From assembly GCA_018816985.1 (NCBI GenBank), contig JAHIVA010000003.1, positions 1 through 49,859 of the forward strand: a stretch of DNA of 49,859 nucleotides, given 5' to 3'. The translations under genes were made by a program, and so were the position numbers. The notes under the pieces are model-generated. The model saw only the letters and a program-made list of their open reading frames with translations, made no database searches and had not been told where the DNA came from. Positions 48,304-49,859 of the stretch are shown one piece after another (the first letter of the stretch is position 1; every line of letters starts with the position of its first letter). The DNA comes from Patescibacteria group bacterium (GTDB lineage Bacteria > Patescibacteriota > Minisyncoccia > Phycocordibacterales > UBA9973).

Positions 48304-49859
48304 TTACACTTTTTGTGCTTCGTCTTCCCCTTCTTTTTTTTCTTTAAATTCTGCATCCCGAGTAGGTCCTGAACCTTCAGATGCAGGATTGACTTCTGGA
48401 TTTTGTTCTTCGGGAATAGGGTTCGCTTCCGGATTGGCAGTCCCGCCGGCTTTAGCTATCGCCTCTCCTATCTTGGACATTTCAGTAGAAAGTTCTTCGG
48501 TCGCTTTTTTAATAGCTTCTCCGTCTGCACCATCTTTTACTCCGCGAAGCGCAGTAATTTTTGCATTCACTTCATCTTTTAATTCTACCGGAATTTTTGT
48601 TTCATTATCTTTCAGCGCTTTCTCCGCAGTATAAATTATCATCTCCGCTGTATTTTTTACTTCAGCATTTTCTTTCTTTTTCTTGTCTTCTTCGGCGTGT
48701 AATTCAGCATCAGCTTGCATTTTTTTAATATCTTCTTCTTTCAACCCAGAACTAGCTTCAATTTTAATAGATTGAGTTTTTCCGGAGGCTTTGTCTTTCG
48801 CCGCCACATTTAAAATTCCATTTACATCCACATCAAAAGAAACTTCAATCTGAGGCATTCCACGAGGAGCTGGAGGAACTCCGTCCAAAATAAATCGTCC
48901 AAGAGATTTGTTGTCGGAAGCCATTGGACGCTCTCCTTGAACTATATGAATCTCGACGCTAGTTTGATTATCGGCGGCCGTAGAAAACACTTGAGATTTA
49001 GAAGAAGGAATAGTGGTATTTCTTTCAATTAATTTTGTTCCTACTCCTCCCAAAGTTTCAATACCTAAAGATAGAGGAATGACATCCAAAAGTAAAACAT
49101 CGCGGACATCACCCTGTAATACACCCGCTTGAACAGCTGCACCGAGAGCCACAACCTCATCAGGATTAATGGACATATTCGGTTCTTTGCCGAAAAGATT
49201 CTTAACTGCAGAAACTATGGCAGGCATTCTCGTCTGGCCACCCACCATAATAATTTCATTGATTTCATTCATCTTGAACGGAGACGCAGCGAGCGCTCTT
49301 TTAGTAATTTCAATAGAACGATCAACAAATTCTTTTGAAATAGATTCTAAGGTTGCACGAGACATTTTCATCAATAAGTGCTTTGGCCCAGATGAATCGG
49401 AAGTAATAAATGGAACATTTATTTCAGTTTCTAGGGTAGTAGAAAGTTCATGCTTAGTTTTTTCAGCTGCTTCTTTCAATCTCTGATGGGCTAATGGATC
49501 TTTAGTTACATCAATGCCCGAATCTTTTTTATATTCTTCAGCAATCCAAGAAATTATTTTTCTATCAATATCGCCTCCACCCATATGGCTGTCTCCATCA
49601 GTAGACTTTACTTCTATAACGTCGTCACCAATTTCTAATACTGACACGTCAAAAGTTCCTCCACCAAAATCATAGACGACAATTTTCTCGTTTTTCTTTT
49701 TATTAAACCCATAAGCAAGCGCAGCCGCTGTCGGTTCATTGATAATACGTTTTACTTCCAAACCGGCAATGGCACCAGCGTCTTTAGTTGCTTTTCTTTG
49801 CGCATCATTAAAATAAGCCGGCACGGTTATAACCGCTTCAGTAATTTTTTCTCCCAATT
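48304..49859 (-). CDS. dnaK: Chaperone DnaK (5' end outside window)
   Basis: [38 protein letters not shown]. Confidence 0.99.
   Translation of the reverse strand, partial: LGEKITEAVITVPAYFNDAQRKATKDAGAIAGLEVKRIINEPTAAALAYGFNKKKNEKIVVYDFGGGTFDVSVLEIGDDVIEVKSTDGDSHMGGGDIDRKIISWIAEEYKKDSGIDVTKDPLAHQRLKEAAEKTKHELSTTLETEINVPFITSDSSGPKHLLMKMSRATLESISKEFVDRSIEITKRALAASPFKMNEINEIIMVGGQTRMPAIVSAVKNLFGKEPNMSINPDEVVALGAAVQAGVLQGDVRDVLLLDVIPLSLGIETLGGVGTKLIERNTTIPSSKSQVFSTAADNQTSVEIHIVQGERPMASDNKSLGRFILDGVPPAPRGMPQIEVSFDVDVNGILNVAAKDKASGKTQSIKIEASSGLKEEDIKKMQADAELHAEEDKKKKENAEVKNTAEMIIYTAEKALKDNETKIPVELKDEVNAKITALRGVKDGADGEAIKKATEELSTEMSKIGEAIAKAGGTANPEANPIPEEQNPEVNPASEGSGPTRDAEFKEKKEGEDEAQKV

Noticed and set aside
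2195-49486. Many antisense or alternate-frame ORFs in the track (e.g. 2195-2767, 29429-29815, 40195-40581, 42304-42741, 46514-47059)
   Set aside because: They lie within well-supported genes and show no motifs; they are shadow ORFs

Overview
AT-rich chromosomal segment of a small-genome bacterium. The gene set and protein styles point to Patescibacteria/CPR, most likely Parcubacteria; this is inference. TGA is used as a stop, so it is not a code-25 lineage. Bases 1-13.5 kb hold a de novo purine cluster (purF 3' end, purN, purD, purA, guaB, guaA, purH, purE, purM, purC, purB), unusual for CPR and interrupted by a RAYT-type HUH transposase and a kinase-like orphan. The rest is mostly core: cell-wall genes, scpAB, tRNA synthetases, dnaB, recR, ribosomal proteins and dnaK/dnaJ, the last two split by two TraG/VirB4-like ATPases and a Cys-rich protein. 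Main signals: (1) two RAYT genes, each with its own REP-like palindrome, plus short hairpin elements inserted in-frame in purD, purH (twice), pepA and aspS, several sharing a 5' tetranucleotide foot, and one 34-nt copy that frameshifts a gene start; (2) an EamA transporter-riboflavin kinase fusion; (3) a multi-hairpin transcription unit between trpS and prs; (4) pervasive leaderless-type promoters. No rRNA, tRNA or CRISPR array was seen. All calls come from reading motifs by eye; no searches were run.
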